A DNA stretch of 64,000 nucleotides from Lama guanicoe (Eukaryota): the NCBI GenBank assembly GCA_013239625.1, contig MU053557.1:1867063-1931062 (forward strand). Direction: 5' to 3'. Positions within the stretch are counted from its first letter, which is position 1. Each line of letters starts with the position of its first letter. Below, in pieces: positions 43,086 through 57,424 of this stretch. The notes below the pieces were generated by a model, which made no database searches, was not told the origin of the DNA, and saw only the letters and a program-made list of their open reading frames with translations. A program made the translations under genes and the position numbers.

Positions 43086-43959
43086 CCTGGGCAGCTGCCT
43101 CTAAGGCTTTAGGTTGAGTCTCAAGTACTTAAAAATGGTTCATATCTGCATCTGACTCCGTAAGGAAATTCCTATGCTCACTAAAGTTTAAACACCATGG
43201 AGCAAGAACACAGGGGTATAAAAAGAATTCTGAGTATTCTTCAGTCAACCATACAGATTTTAGGAGAGCGAGGAAGTGAATCCATTAATCCAATACCTTA
43301 TGCAACATACTGCTCTCTGAGCACCTACTATGTGCCAAGCGCTGTCGCAGACACTGGATTCAGCAGTAAGTAAAGCACAGCCCCTGCTGTCAGTAAGATG
43401 AGTGAGCCAGATGACTTACCACTCAATAAACAAAACAGGGAAATAAACAGGATAACGTTAAAGGTACAGGTGGGTGGCATGCTTCTGGCTAGGATGAATA
43501 ATGAAGGTCTCTGGTGGTGGCTTTTACATTTATAATTTTACAATTTCGCTTGTGCCTGGGCCCTGGCATACTTATCTGGCAAAACCCTATCCTTGGATAA
43601 ATCCACTCTCCGCTTACTCGACTAAGCCACTGAAAGAGACTGGAGGAAAATATACAGCCATTGTAATAGGCCTCTCCTTAAATTCATAACCATTAACCTC
43701 AAGGGGCTTTTTAATGGTGCGAGACAAAAATACTACCTTTCTCTAATCCACTTACTGTCCTAGGCTCCTCTCACCTCAAACCTCCAACACCTCCCTTCCC
43801 AGCCTTATTCTCACTTTTCCACTTAATAAACAGGGAACGTCTCTCTACCACATCTATCTACCCACCTGTCCAAATGTCCTGCCTTCAATGCTGCTCTTGT
43901 GGACGAACTTTTAGCACTTAGTTTAGGGCCAGTCTCTCCACGTGTCCACCAAATCTAGC

Positions 43960-44256
43960 TGTGGGCAGGCAGATGGTTAGCAAACAGCTCTCCTTTAAAA
44001 AAAAAAAAAAGGTCCCTGACTTCTAATGGCTATGATTTCTGTGGTGTCAATACTTCCACCATGGCCAATTCCAAACAACTGGCATGGTGTTATTTCTACC
44101 AACTACATAAAATACACCTAACTGTGAGAACACAGACCCTGGAAACATAATAATGTAACGAGGAAGGGATGCCTTTGAATACCTATTACCTTTTTAAATA
44201 TAGTTTATTTAGTTGTAAAGTTATATGTTAATATTTAATAATATTTAAAAACCAAC
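43960..44256 (-). mobile_element. MER63-like hAT DNA transposon relic interrupted by the LTR
   Basis: GTGGTGTCAATACTTCCACCATGGCCAATT motif; resumes after the LTR (CAGCTC...ATTCCTGAAA). Recognised from memory. Confidence 0.5.
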
Positions 44257-44785
44257 TGATAGCATTCAGAACAAAGTACCCCAACATGTGGCACCTTAGC
44301 ATATTGAATATTTTAAGCTGAAAGAGTTAAAACAAAACAAAACAGTAGAAGCAGGAAGACCTCTCTGGCTTTCCCCTGCCCTTTTCCCTGAAGCAGCTCA
44401 TAAAACGCTCTTGTGACAGGAGCCCACTCTGTACCCAGAGGTAAGAAGCATCTTTATCTCCAGGATCAAGGGTCACCAGGAGGAATCCGAACAAACAGGC
44501 CCTTCCAATTTTCCACAGTTTGCTGCACTTAGCTCACACCCTTTGTCCTGTCATATTTCTCCACAGCTGCCCACTCTTCATCAGACCTAGAATAAGAATG
44601 CTAAGGTTTAACCATTTGTTCAGGGTCTCATTTCCTTATGAAGGCTCCCATGTCACTTACACTTACTTAAAAAACTTATGATAAATGTGTATGCTTTTTT
44701 CCTCTTACTCTGTCCTTGTCATTTTAACTTTCAGATCCAGCCAGGGACCTCAACAGGTTCAAGGAACACTTCTTCCTCCCTTACA
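44257..44785 (+). mobile_element. MER34-like ERV1 LTR
   Basis: Characteristic TACCCCAACATGTGGCACCTTAGCATATTGAATATTTTAAGCTGAA start and TTCCTCCCTTACA end; near-TSD CAAC/CAGC. Confidence 0.75.
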
Positions 44786-46165
44786 CAGCTCTACTGAATT
44801 CCTGAAAGTTCTTTGTCCTCTTTCTTGTTCAAGGACATCTTGAGCCATATCCAACCCACTTTTTTGCATCATCAGTTTTGCCTCTACTGGATCATTACAA
44901 CCAGCGTACAAGTACGTTGTGATTTCTTCCATCTTAAAAAAACAAACCCACTGTTAATCCCATATCTTCTTCCAGCGCTATTCCAGTTCTTTGCTCTATT
45001 TTTGCTCCTATGATCTCTTGAACCCATTCCAGTCAGTTCGAGTCCCTGTCACTCCACAGAACCTACTGTTGTGAAGGTCACCAATGACCAAATTGCTAAA
45101 TCCACAAGTTAATTCTTAATCCCCACTTTACTAAACCTATGAGTAGCTTTTCTTTGAAATACTGAATGAAGTGGGGGTGGAGGGTCAGATACCAAAGCCA
45201 GTACATGTTGAATGTATGTATAAAGCAACTCTACTATAGCACCCACCCCTCCTTACAAGAAATAAACACCACTCTCCCTGGGGGATTACACAGGCCCACA
45301 AAAGAGAGGTAATTTACCTGGAGAGATTATGATGTCCTTATCTGACTCTGCTACCCGACAGCAGCTGGAGATTGGGTGTGAAATGGAATCCCTTCCACCA
45401 AGCTAGGCCCTTTGCCCCTACTCCACCTTGACCACCAATTTCTTCCAGAATGTGTCCTTGGACAGCTGCTCACCCACTCCTGATTAACTGGCCACAGAAG
45501 GCCAAAGCCATGTCCTGAAAGATTAAAGGACCTAGCACCTGTTGGCTGTACTTGGACTGGTTGGCTGAGTGACATGTGTTAAAACAAATGCCACCTGCCC
45601 GTCCCGAGGACACCTGGGAACCCTGAAGTTGAAAAAGAGTGCTAGGCTTAACAAGGGAGGCCACTGTCAAGTAATCTTGTGGGTCAGAATCACAGCAAGT
45701 TTGCACCGCCATCATCTTGCTTGCTGTGTCCCCAGGGAAGAGAGAAGGACTGTGAAACAAATTCCCTTTGCTTTGAAATTGGGTGGCTTAAGCAGTCAGG
45801 GACTTCAGCTTGGAAATCTGCTAGCCAGCCTCACAAGTTCATGACCTTATTTGGTCTTTAAAATACCAACTCATCTTTGTATCTTCAAGGTTAGGCCCAG
45901 TAGTAGAACATCCACATTTTGGTGGAATGAGTGGATGACTGGCCCTTTATACATGCCGTGAGGTTTAAGTAGATGGAGAGCTTCAGCTCTGACCCTCTCT
46001 CCTTGTCCTCTTGCCCTTTTGCTTTTCTCGTTCTTTTCATGCTGGTTCAGTTCTCTCTTCTGACCATCACTGATCTTTTTTAATCCCATCTTATAATTGT
46101 CTTATAATGTAAATTCTCCACTGAACTGGAAAAAAACTGTGTTTTTCACTCTTCCCTATCCAGTG

Positions 46166-47125
46166 CCAAGTAGGAAAAATCTCAGTCCTCCTCTTGTGTT
46201 TCTCCTTTATTTTCACACAACTACCACAATCACAGGCCTTCTGACACCAGACTGGGGGGAGTTGTTCCCCACACCAAGCACTTCTATGACACGAGCTGGG
46301 TATCCTCCAATTTAATTCAGTTCTGACACTATCTGGAGACAGCATCAGACCCCACAGGTTAAGGGCTTAGTCCCACCAGGCTGCCGCTCCCTTCAAATGC
46401 CAATCACAAGTCCAGATGGTTACCTGTGCTTCTGAGAGATGGGCTGTAAATCGGAGATTCCCACGACCTCCTCCTCAGTTCGGTTAAATTTGCGAGAGCA
46501 GCTCACAGAAGTCAGGGAGGACAACAGGTTACTTACTGTTTACCAGTTTATTGTAGAAGGACATGTTTGGGGATAGAGATGAACATCCAGATGGAAGAGA
46601 TGTGTAGGACTAGGTGGGGACGGGCGCTGCACTTCCACGCCCTCTCGGGGAATGCCACTCCCCCAGCACCTCCACTTGTTCACCTCCCTGGAAGCTCTCC
46701 AAACCCCATACCTTGGGGACTTTTATGGAGGCTTCATCACAGGTAGGCATGACCCATCATTAGCTTCATTTCCAGCCCCTCTCCTCTCTCTGGAGAATTG
46801 GGGGGGGGGGCTGAAAATTCCAAGCTTCTAATCCTGATTTGGTCTTTCTGGTGATCAACTCCCATCCAGGAGTTCCTCCAGAGTCACGTCATCAGAACAA
46901 AAGACACCCTTATCACCCAGGAAATTCCAAGGGATTTAGGAACTTGGTGTCAGGAATGGAGGCAAAGACCAAATATTAGAATAAAGGATGCTCCTAGTGT
47001 TCCTATCACTGAGGATATTACAAGGGTCTTAGGAGCTCATAACACAAGAAGGTCAAGACAGGAGAGAGAGAGGTACAAGGGATGGGGGCAGAGACCAATA
47101 TGGATTTTTTTCCTCTTATTTCACA
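46166..47125 (-). mobile_element. MER21-like LTR inserted in an L2 3' end
   Basis: TTCTGACACTATCTGGAGACAGCATCAGACCCCACAGGTTAAGGGC and TATCACCCAGGAAATTCCAAGGG motifs; AGTG on both flanks. Confidence 0.75.
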
Positions 47126-49604
47126 AGTGCTTAGCGAAGTGCCTGCCACACAGTATATATTGAATAAATTCATGAATGCACTTAACGTAGACAATGACCT
47201 TGAGCAGATTCCTTCCTGTCCCTGCACCTCAGTTTCTCCATCAACAAAATGAACAAGTGGACCAAACATGATCTCTCAATTCCCTTCTAGCTCCCTGAGA
47301 TTTCAGAAGTGGACCAGAAACTCCAGGCAGGTAAGGTGGGTACAAGGGTACAAAGCAGAAATTTGCAGGGAGAACAAGGCAAAACCGCAGAACAAGTTTA
47401 CAATGGAGGGTAAGTCAGGCCCATGGCACCACTGAACCAGACTTCTGTTTCCCTGGGTAAGGATGCAGTTGATCAGACAGTCAAAGTATATGATCAGGCC
47501 ACCCAAGATGGTGGTTCTCTTGCTCTCTGTACATCCATCCCCTGCTCAACCAGTCCCTCCTTCACCTACACCCTACTCACATGGCCTCCCTTGCCTCTAC
47601 ATCATAGAGCCTAATCAGTAAATGCCTACATACTTGCCCCTAGCCCCAGCGAGTTCTAATCTTTAGATCAGCACTATCTCCACTAAGAGAGTTTACCAAA
47701 GGGGTGTGCCCCTCTGCTGGTGTGCCTGGTAACCTGAGGTCAGTTCCCTCTATAACTGATAAGACACACTCCCCTACTCTCCCTCTCCCAGACTGCTGCC
47801 CTGCCCTGCCCTCCACCTGCGGCACACGGTGGGATGTAACTCCAGGACCTTGCCTCCCGAGATGTAAGATCTGCTGTGCAATAGACCACTGAGGTCTCTG
47901 TCACTGACTCCAGGCTCCTTCTTCAGTCCTGAAGCTGGGCGAGCACGGGGCTTGCAGGCCTGTGGGGTGCAGCCCAACACAAAGTAAGTGTGACAGCTTT
48001 AGTCAAGCGGAGAAGAAATGTTTCAGGGCAAGGAGCCAGCAGGTCACCCTACCATCCGATATGTTACAGAGGGCCTAGAAGGTCGTCAAATTCCAATGCC
48101 TAGCAAAAGAAATACGAAAACATCTAGTATTACCCAAGTAGGAGGGCTAAGGAGAAAGAATAAAATGGGGGAGAAGGATGATAAATTGGGATAGGACAGA
48201 GGGGAAGACCTCCCAGACAAAGTGACATTTACGTAGAAGAGTTGAAAGAAGAGAGAAAGTTATGCCCATATTTGAGGCATGGTCACTCCAGGCAGAGGGA
48301 AGGAGTGGCAAGTTCAAAGGTCCTAAGACAGCCTTCCTCTACCCAGAGCATTTGAAAGCTAAGGCCAGGGTGGCTGGAGCAGGACCCTGGGAGATAAGAT
48401 CAGAAAGGTAATAAGGATGTAAGTCTCAGAGAGCCTTCTAGGCCAAGGGCGAAAATTTCTGCTTTATCTGTGTGAAATGGGAAGCTAATGAGAACTTTGA
48501 GCTGGGGAGGGACAGGATATGGACTCTTGCTGTCATGAAAACCCTTGTGGGTAAATATTTATCAGCATGTTTCCTTGCTCTTTTTTAGAGTCCTTGAAGG
48601 ATAGTTACTGGGTAAAAAGTTAGGATCATTTCTGAGGACCATTTAACCCTGTCAGCACCTTGATCTTAGACTTCTAGCTACAAGAAATGTGAGTTAATAC
48701 ATTTCTGTTGTTGAAGCCACCCCGTCTGTGGCCCCAACAAACTGAAATATCATCTTAACTTGCTCATCTGCTTAAGTCCTCTTTCCAAAGGAGGTCACAT
48801 TCACAGGTGCTGGGCATTTGGACTTCAGCACCTTTTGGAGGATGGAATCAACCCACAACACCAGACATAAACAAGCACAGATAAACAATGAAGAGAGGGT
48901 CTGGTGGAACCAGATCTCCAGTTCTAGTCCCTGAATCCCACGAGTTGCCTTGTGTCCTACAGTTCTTTGCATTTTCTGAGTTTCTCCAGAATCCTTCCAG
49001 TAAATCTCCTTTTGTGATTAACTTAACTTGAGTTTTCTATCACTTTCATCTGAGACTCATACCTGATATGACGTGGGGGGAAGAAATGTAACTGTTATGA
49101 GTTTATATGCCAGGGAGAAAAAGAAAAGATAAAAGAACTCTTTATTGCCTACCAGGCCTTATTCCATCTGCGAATCAACCCAACTCCTGAGACTTTCAAA
49201 ATCGGAGCTTTCACATTTATATTTTCAACTCTCTGTTTTTACTTTTTCCACCTTGATTGTTTAGAAATCCAACAAGAATTTTATTCACTTTTTCTGGTAA
49301 AATTGCATCCTTTAAGGCCAATTCACCGCATGGAATTAGTACAAAGGGGAAATTTTCTTTGTGATAGCAGCAGCAACTAATGACATGCATTTTAAAAGAA
49401 TCTTAAGATATTTCCCGTCTGGAAAGACCCATTTTGAAACACTGATCTCACACCAGGCTAAAGACCAGAAATTACTGAAGGGCCATTGTGGTCTTAATAC
49501 AGAGAATAGTAACAATAAAACCAAAGGCACACAGAAAGAATTCATAAACAAGTGTAACTTAGAAAGCTATGGGGTAACATAATAGCCTCAGTGTGCTTCA
49601 TTTT

Positions 49605-49782
49605 TTTTAATTAAAAAAATGTTTATTGAAATAGAGTTGATTGACACTGTTGTTACTTTCTGGTGTACAGCATAGTGATTCAGATACATATATATATATA
49701 TATATTCTTTTTCATTATACGCTTTTACAAAATATTGAATGTAGTTCAATGTGCTGCACATATACAGTAGGACCTTGTTGGT
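49605..49782 (-). mobile_element. L1 3' end
   Basis: T-rich start, TTCTGGTGTACAGCATAGTGATTCAG, TACAGTAGGACCTTGTTG. Confidence 0.8.
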
Positions 49783-51812
49783 TACTCAGCCTCGGGGTGA
49801 GTAAGTTTACCATCTTTTCCCTTCCCACCTATTTTTCTAGGGGAAGGTGTGAGCAGTGAAGTACTGGAGGGTTGGAATGGTGGGAGGGAAAGGAAGCAAA
49901 CATGGAAGCCCCAGGGCAAAGGAAGAGTGGGTTTAGAGACAAGTAGCAAACTTAACACAACTGAACTAAGCCTTGAGCTAGTTACTGCTTTTCTCAAAGG
50001 ACTGGCTGTCTGATTGATGAAATCAGGCAGAAATGAGAATATCCTCTTTCAGTTACATCCAGGACAACCGGGAGTACCTTGAGGAGATAAAATCATGAAG
50101 AAGTGAAGAACGCAGGATTGGGCAAAGAGATAAACTACCCCAAAATATGGTTCCAACTACACCTCAGCCAGCCCTGCAGGAAGCCGTGGTGCTGGGTAGC
50201 CCCCACTGAGGCAAGGGAGCTGGGTGAGGCATAGTGGAGGACCACTTCCAGGAAGGGGCACAACTTTGGATGGGGGCTGGGGGGAGCCCAGGCCCTCAAG
50301 AGGGGGTCTGGGGGGAGCACCACCACATCCATCAACATTATTATCCACAGCTGACAGACGAATAAACTGAAGCTTGGAGAGGTGAATTAACTCATCCGAA
50401 GGGAGTAGAATTTTGCCTCCTCAAATTTTTATCTGCAGAAGTATGAACTAACAGATACAAAGTCACTGAGAGAAAACTGAAATGATTTGATGGCAGAGCA
50501 CACAAAAGCTTTCCGATTAAAGGCACTGACGTTTCTATAGAAAGAGTAAGTCAATCGAAAGAGGTATCAGTGACTTCTGAAAGCATGAGAAAATGAAATT
50601 CAGGAGGGAAACATAGATATTGGAGAAATTGCCCCTAGAAACAGATGACTCGTACAAGGACTTTGAATAATCCTTTCCTGGTTGGAAAAAATACTCTTTT
50701 CCTAAAATGGTCAGGTCAGGATTAACCTAAGCCATCAAGCAACTGCCTGATTCCCACCTCTGTCTGCTCACCAGTCAGGCTAATCTCACCAGTAAGAGCA
50801 TATCTAATTGGTGTGGTAGTGATGTCTCAGAATAATAAAGTGCGTCCTGACTTTGCTTTTAGCTTCCCAAGAGTTCAAATGACTATTACCAGTGATGTTA
50901 CGCAGTAGTTGTCTGGACTTGGTCATCCCAAGCCTGCCCTTAAGACATGGACTCTTCCTTAGTTATGTGTTATGGCAGCCCCAACAAACTGATAAATTAA
51001 ACAGACACTGAGCGTGTAAGTCAAAGGGTTAATTCCAGGGATGTGACCAGTTTACTTATGGCACATGCACCCTAACATTATAGTTACTTGTGATTAAGCA
51101 AAACAGACCTGTGTTTTTTTAACTGTAGTTATTACCATTGTGATTACATATGGTGATCAGGAGGCGAGGCCGGCCTGTTGTTTCTCCATGAGATAACATT
51201 CCAGTGAGGCTCTCACGGTCTCCCTGGGACAACAGATTAGACTAAAGGATGAGGAGATCATTCTTAGTCCTCCCAAGATGCTAATGAGACCATCAGCATC
51301 TGCTTCCCTGACCTCTGAGCTGGAATAAAGCAGAAGCTTAAACGCCACTTTCTCTGGGCATAAATCTGAAAAGACCGACTCATCTACTGTGGCATACGAT
51401 ACCAACCAGCCAAAAGATGCCCCATGACCTGGGAATGAATGAGGATCATCACAGCTTATAATTAGTCAGCCAGGGGGCTCCAGAAGAAAGGGCCGTGCGA
51501 ACCTCCTCTCTAGCACTCCTGGGACTGGAGGGAGCCTGTGGTCCTGTTGCCAAGAAGGAAGGCGGTTACACAAGAAAAAAACTGGTCGTGCTAGTTCCTG
51601 AGACAAACATTCCTAGGACTCTAGAGGCTTACATAAGGGGAATAAATAATTCTTCCATAGGTCTATTTACTATCCGTTCTTTCCAGCAGTGTTCATTAAG
51701 CATCTCTGGAGCAGCTGGCACAGAACATGTTAGAACATAAGGAAAAGTAGGATTTGGTTCTCCCATCAAAGGGTGGTGGGCTTGGAACTGGTTTACTCTG
51801 CATTCATTCTGC

Positions 51813-51963
51813 GTTTCTTTTTTTTTTTTTAATTTTTTATTTTGTTTTGTGGGAGAGGTAAGTAGGTTTGTTTATTTATTTATGTGATGGAGATATTGGG
51901 GATTGAACCCAGGACCTCGTGCACGCTAAGCATGTGCTCTACCACTAAGCTATAACCTCCCCG
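51813..51963 (-). mobile_element. tRNA-derived SINE (Vic-1-like)
   Basis: T-rich tail followed by the reverse-complement head; TSD TTCATTCTG. Confidence 0.87.
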
Positions 51964-53348
51964 CTTCATTCTGTCCTTCTGTGTTCAAAATAGAACCTGA
52001 TTTCCTTCAGGTCTTCATTGCACCCCTAGCTTCAGTGGTGGGCCTTACTGGCCTAGGGATGACCTTCATTGCCAATAATTAGCAATAGAATGGGCATCTG
52101 ACCCAGAATGGACCAATGAGACATGAAGAGAGGTTTACTGGGGCCTTCTGTTAATTAATTCCTCCTCCTCTAGAATATAAGCAAGGAAGTGTCTCTCACT
52201 CTGGCCAGCAGACATCCTATGGGGAGACAGCCTTGGTCTGATGCCACTCTTGTGATGACAGAAGCCAACAGATGGGAAAACCTGGGACTTTGGTGAGCAC
52301 TGTGGACCGAATACCACGCTATTTTCAACGCCCCACACATAAGCTAACAAATCCACTCTGTAGTCTAAGCCAGTCTGAGCTGGCTTACTTATAACCTAGA
52401 GAATCCTAACTGGTAAAACAAAACAAAACAAAACAAAAAACAACAAACCCCTCCTCCAAAAACCTAACAATCCAAATTTAGCCCCCTGGAGAGGTATTTT
52501 CTAAAATCAAGCCAGAGGATAAAGTACTCAAAGTACTCTGCTGAAACACGATTGCCAGTTTCTCAAAGATGGGGCTGGGTCTAACATTTCTCGTATTTCT
52601 GGCATCCTACAAACCCTAAGTGCTGAATCTTTTCTGCAATTCAGATAAGACAATATATAAACAAGTTCTCTGGTAGAGGAAATTGCTACTCAAGTAAAAT
52701 AATAAAGGAAATAAAGCACTAATATAAGCTGTTCACAATAACAGGTAACATTCCTTGGGCACTTGAGGCAAGCCAGGAGCTGTTCCTTGTGGAGCTGCTT
52801 TGAGCAGTCTGCATGTGCTAACTTACTTCATCCTCACCACAGCAGCCAGACACCGTCATTACCCGTTTTGCAGATGAAGAAGCTGACGCCCAACACATTT
52901 ACTCGGATACATACAAGAAAGTTTGCATTAAGATGAAAATTCTCAGTAGTTAAACAACAGTGATTAATAAAAATAAAATCTTAAAGTCTCTTAAAATCTT
53001 AGGTAAGTCAACCAATAGGACTTACCCAAGCCAGTTTGTAACAGGACTCTGTTTCATCTTCTAGACAGGATGAAGGGTGAAAAGTATAGATGTGCTTAGT
53101 TTTTTATAACACTGTAATATGCTATGTTGATTTATAGATTCTTACAGACTTGTTTTTTTTCTCATCTTGTTACAGTCTAAAGGTTATTGCAGAAGTATCT
53201 GAGAACCCATGCTATTAGTCCAGTCTGTTACCTACCGTCTTAACAAAATGTATCTACTTGTTAACTGAGACAAACCACGCCCTGTATCTTTGAGCCAAAG
53301 TCTCCAAAATTCTGCCCCAGGTCTTTATCTTAAAATCTGTAAATATCC

Positions 53349-53515
53349 ACAAGGACCTACCTATAGCACGGGGAACCATATTCAATTTCTTGTAACAAGC
53401 TATAATGGAAAAGAATCTGAAAAAATATATGTGTATGTATCTGTATAACTGAATCACTTTACTGTACACCTGAAACACTGTAAATCAACTACAGTTCAAT
53501 TTAAAAAAAATAAAG
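53349..53515 (+). mobile_element. L1 3' end
   Basis: TATAGCACGGGGAAC...GTAAATCAACTACAGTTCAAT tail; TSD AAAATCT(GTA/ATT)AATATCCA. Confidence 0.85.
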
Positions 53516-53641
53516 AAAATCTATTAATATCCAACATGTAGTGTTTGCTGTTACTTCTCTCGATAAATGTTTTTTGGGAGCTATGACATGGTAGGCAGTT
53601 TTCTAGATGCTGAGGAAACAGCAGTCAACAAAACAGAGATA

Positions 53642-53964
53642 CAGTTGATCCTTGAATAACACAGGTTTGAACTGCGTGGGTCTACTTAACAGGTAGATTT
53701 TTTTCATTAAATATAGTACCTGTATTTTCATTTTACAGATGTTCAAATTAACCAATTGCAGGGGAAAGTTGGTGTTTGATTAAAGATCACCATATGGGGA
53801 ATACAAAGAACCAGGGTTTGAGTCCTGATTCTATCCAAACTGTTCCAGCTTCCTGCCCTTGTGGGGGTTATTCACCAGTTCCTTCATTTTCTAGGCAGAA
53901 ATAGCAGTATGCAAATTTCTGACTGCATGAGGCTGGCACCCCCATGTTGTTCAAGGGTCAGCTG
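53642..53964. mobile_element. Tigger2-family non-autonomous DNA transposon (MITE)
   Basis: TIRs CAGTTGATCCTTGAATAACACAGG and CCCATGTTGTTCAAGGGTCAGCTG; TA at the left flank. Confidence 0.85.
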
Positions 53965-55293
53965 TGGTTACTGCCCTCAAGGAGCTCACCTTCTAGTGAG
54001 GGAAATGGATATGAAACAAATCATCACACAAATAAATACAAAATTACATACTTTGCCTAGAAAGAAAAGTAAAGGGACTGGTGGAGACAGTAAAAGGAGA
54101 ATCTAGTTCTGTTGGTGTGTGTGCCAAAGAAAGCCCTCCTGAGGAAGTGACGTTAAGCATGGGACCTGAAAGAAAAGAGCAGTAGATATCTTTGGTTAGT
54201 GTCTCACCCAGCATCAGTCCACAGTCTTCTATAACCATAATCCAAGTCTTCCTGGAGAATATTTGCACAGCCTCTCCACACTCACTGCAGTGGTACTTTG
54301 GAGACATCTCTGCCATCCCTCTGTACTAGGATGGGGCCAAGACCTAGACGAAGCCAAACAGCGGATTCCACCTCCCTGGCCAGTGATGCATTTAGTTGGT
54401 TCAGGGATGGGAACCTGACCTCTGTGAGACCAATCGTAGCAGCAAGTCTCCATCTAGGGGTTTGGTTTAAGCTATCCTATCCACCGCACTGAGTGTTGTG
54501 AAGATACGACCTTGAAACTAAAGGAGGGGGATGACATACAACAGAGAGAAGGCTCCATCAAGAAATGGATCCCCTTGTCACTCTTCAAGCTCTAGTTTAG
54601 ACTGTGCCTGATGGCATCCACCCATGAACTGTTCAGCCATGTGGAACACACACAGCACATTCCTTTCTAGCTAAAGCCAGTGGAGGAGTCATTAGTGCTA
54701 GTCTTTTTTTTTTTTCTCCTGGTTCTGCTTCTCCTGGACATTTGGTAGGACTGCACTTCCTCACTCCTTTAAGTCAGACATGAGACTTGATCTGGTCAAT
54801 ATAATGTGAGCAGACAACGTATGTCACTTCCAGGCAGAAGTCCTTAAGAGCTGGCACACACCCCATCACGTTTATTTCCCTGGCCACAGCAACCACATAC
54901 ATTCCCATCAGTGGAGACTTTGTCAACCCAAGATCTTCACATCACCGACGGCAGAGCTCCCATCAACCAAGATGAAAAAATGAAAGCACTGACATCTTGG
55001 AGTTGGTCTTCACCGTAGCGTAACTTAGCCCAGATTGACTTACATCCACCATGTGAATTGTGTTTTTCTGTCTTTTGCAACAGAAATACAGTGAGTGTAA
55101 GGAAGATGGTGAAAAAAAATAAAACAAAACCCAGTGAACATCTCACGTGAAGAGAAGAAATTTAATTGGAGGTTGAAATGGGGAAGACTTGTTTTGAGGT
55201 TATTGCAGTGATTCAAACAGGAGGTGGTGTTGATTGGACTATGGTAATGCTATGGAATAAGGAAAAGAATGGAGAGATTCAAAATGTATTTTA

Positions 55294-55445
55294 GGGGAGT
55301 GGGAGATGTAAGTCAGTGTTAGAGCATGTGCTTCACATGCACGAGATCCTGAGTTCAATCCCCAGTGCCTCCGTTAAAGGGGAAAAATATTATATCTATT
55401 ACATATATAATATAAATAAATATTATATATATATAATATTTATAA
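55294..55445 (+). mobile_element. Degenerate tRNA-derived SINE with an AT-rich tail
   Basis: GCATGTGCTTCACATGCACGAGATCCTGAGTTCAATCCCCAGTGCCTCC core. Confidence 0.75.
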
Positions 55446-57375
55446 GAGATAGAAAATGATATGAAATAATTTTTCTCTGCCAAGACACATTGCTTTCCCA
55501 TTTTGACTTAATGTTTAAAAGGCCCAGGGGCAGCATTAAAAAATTAATGAGACTCCAATTCTGGGGTAAGTCAGTTAAGTAGGATGTGACCTTGGACAAG
55601 CCCTTTGCCTCTTCAGACCTTCGCTTCTTCATCTCTGTACAAGGGAGAGTTAGTGTGTCTCTACTGTTTCCTTTAAGCACTGTCATTCTATGGATTCTAT
55701 GGAGCTTGATCATAGGAAGCTACTGTATGAAAATGTTCGAATGGGATAAATATCCCTGACTCAGTTAAGGAAGTGAAGAATGAAAACTCATAAGACTTTG
55801 CCCAAGTGTAGCCAAAAAACAGCCAGTGACATAAGAAGGGCTAGAACTTTTTGATTGTGATTTTGTAATGATAGTTTAACACAAGTGTCTGAAAAGTGGC
55901 CCAGATGGTATACGTGGTATGTTGTCAATATGACTCACTCTGGTTTGGATTCAGACAGATTCTTCTACATTAAATTTGTCCCTCTAAGTATAACAGATAA
56001 ACTGAGATGCAGAGAAGGTAACCAAGCAATACTGGACATGGTGAACTTGAACTTGGCAGGCACTTTAGCATAACACTGTTCACAAGAGCAGGACTCCCCA
56101 AAAGGTGTATGTAGATGTCTTGACTCAATACATGGACAAACATGCAACTTGGTAGTTATTTCCCCTGACTTTGTGCTTTATTTATAGAAGCATCCATCAG
56201 CTTAGTGTTCCCGGCCCCTCCCTGCTCCCTCACTCACTCCTGCCCAGTTGGTGAGTTTGGTAGCTCAGTCTTTCTCTCCTCATTTTTGTGTCTGTTTCCT
56301 CCAGGGAAGACACTTGTGCTCTGTCCTTGGCTGTGAGGGAAATGCGGCCACACGCAGGAAGACCTGTAGGAGGCTGTGTCTGTCCAGGCCTGAGGTCCAC
56401 TCTTAGGGAGACCACAATCGTCCAGCACCCAAGCAAATTCCCCTGTGCGTATTTTATTAGTAATAAACCTCATATTTTGAGTACCTTTTTCCTGATTCTT
56501 GTCTAACTTTCAGGTGGTGCTAAACTTGAGAGAGGAAGATGACATTTATTGAGTCCTCTCAAATTCCAATACTCATATATCATCATCTTAATGGATACTG
56601 GAAAAGTATACATCTCACTAAGGAAACCCTATAATTTCACAGATATTACTGCTTACTATGAAAATAATTCTCTTCAGGGGTCAGTTTAATGTTGATTCAA
56701 TAAAAATATTAAGAAAACGATAACATAGGTGATACAAAATGATGATCTTGGCAAATTTGCAAAAAAAAAAAAAGTAATTATATGAATGACAGAAGTTTGT
56801 AAATTACTGTACCAAAGAGGAGAATGTGATATAAAACATGTCTTGACTCCTTTCAGAAGTTTCATCATACCAAAAAAAAAAAAGTCAATTCAGGATTAAG
56901 GCTTATAGTTGATGAAACCTTATGTAATACAAGAAAAATACAGAATAGCAATACCATACGTTAAATTGGAAATACCACTGTGAAATAATGCCCTGAGTAA
57001 GCGTGTTTTCAGTTCTCAGTGGCCCAGCAGCAGCAGCAAGGCACTCTTGCTCACCACACGTTCTCGTGTGCACACCTAGAGCCTAGCTCCTGGTCTTTAG
57101 AATTATTTCCTATTAAGAGGAAACAGAATCCTTTGAAAGACAGCTAATTTCATGATGCAGGACAGAAAAAAAATTCAGAACATTTCTCCAACATCCTATT
57201 GTTGCCAAAAAGCAAGAATGTTTTTAAGAATGTCAGGAGCAATGTAGAAAGGACAAAGGAGTCAAAAAATAATAATAATAAAGGATAAAGAAGTCAACAC
57301 AAAGGGCTCCCTACTGACCATACGGTGACAGTTTTTAAAATAAAATTCTTGTTGTAAAAATAAAGCACAAATACA

Positions 57376-57376
<1 letters not shown>

Positions 57377-57415
<39 letters not shown>

Positions 57416-57424
57416 ACACACACA
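57377..57424. repeat. (CA)n microsatellite
   Basis: Read directly. Confidence 0.9.
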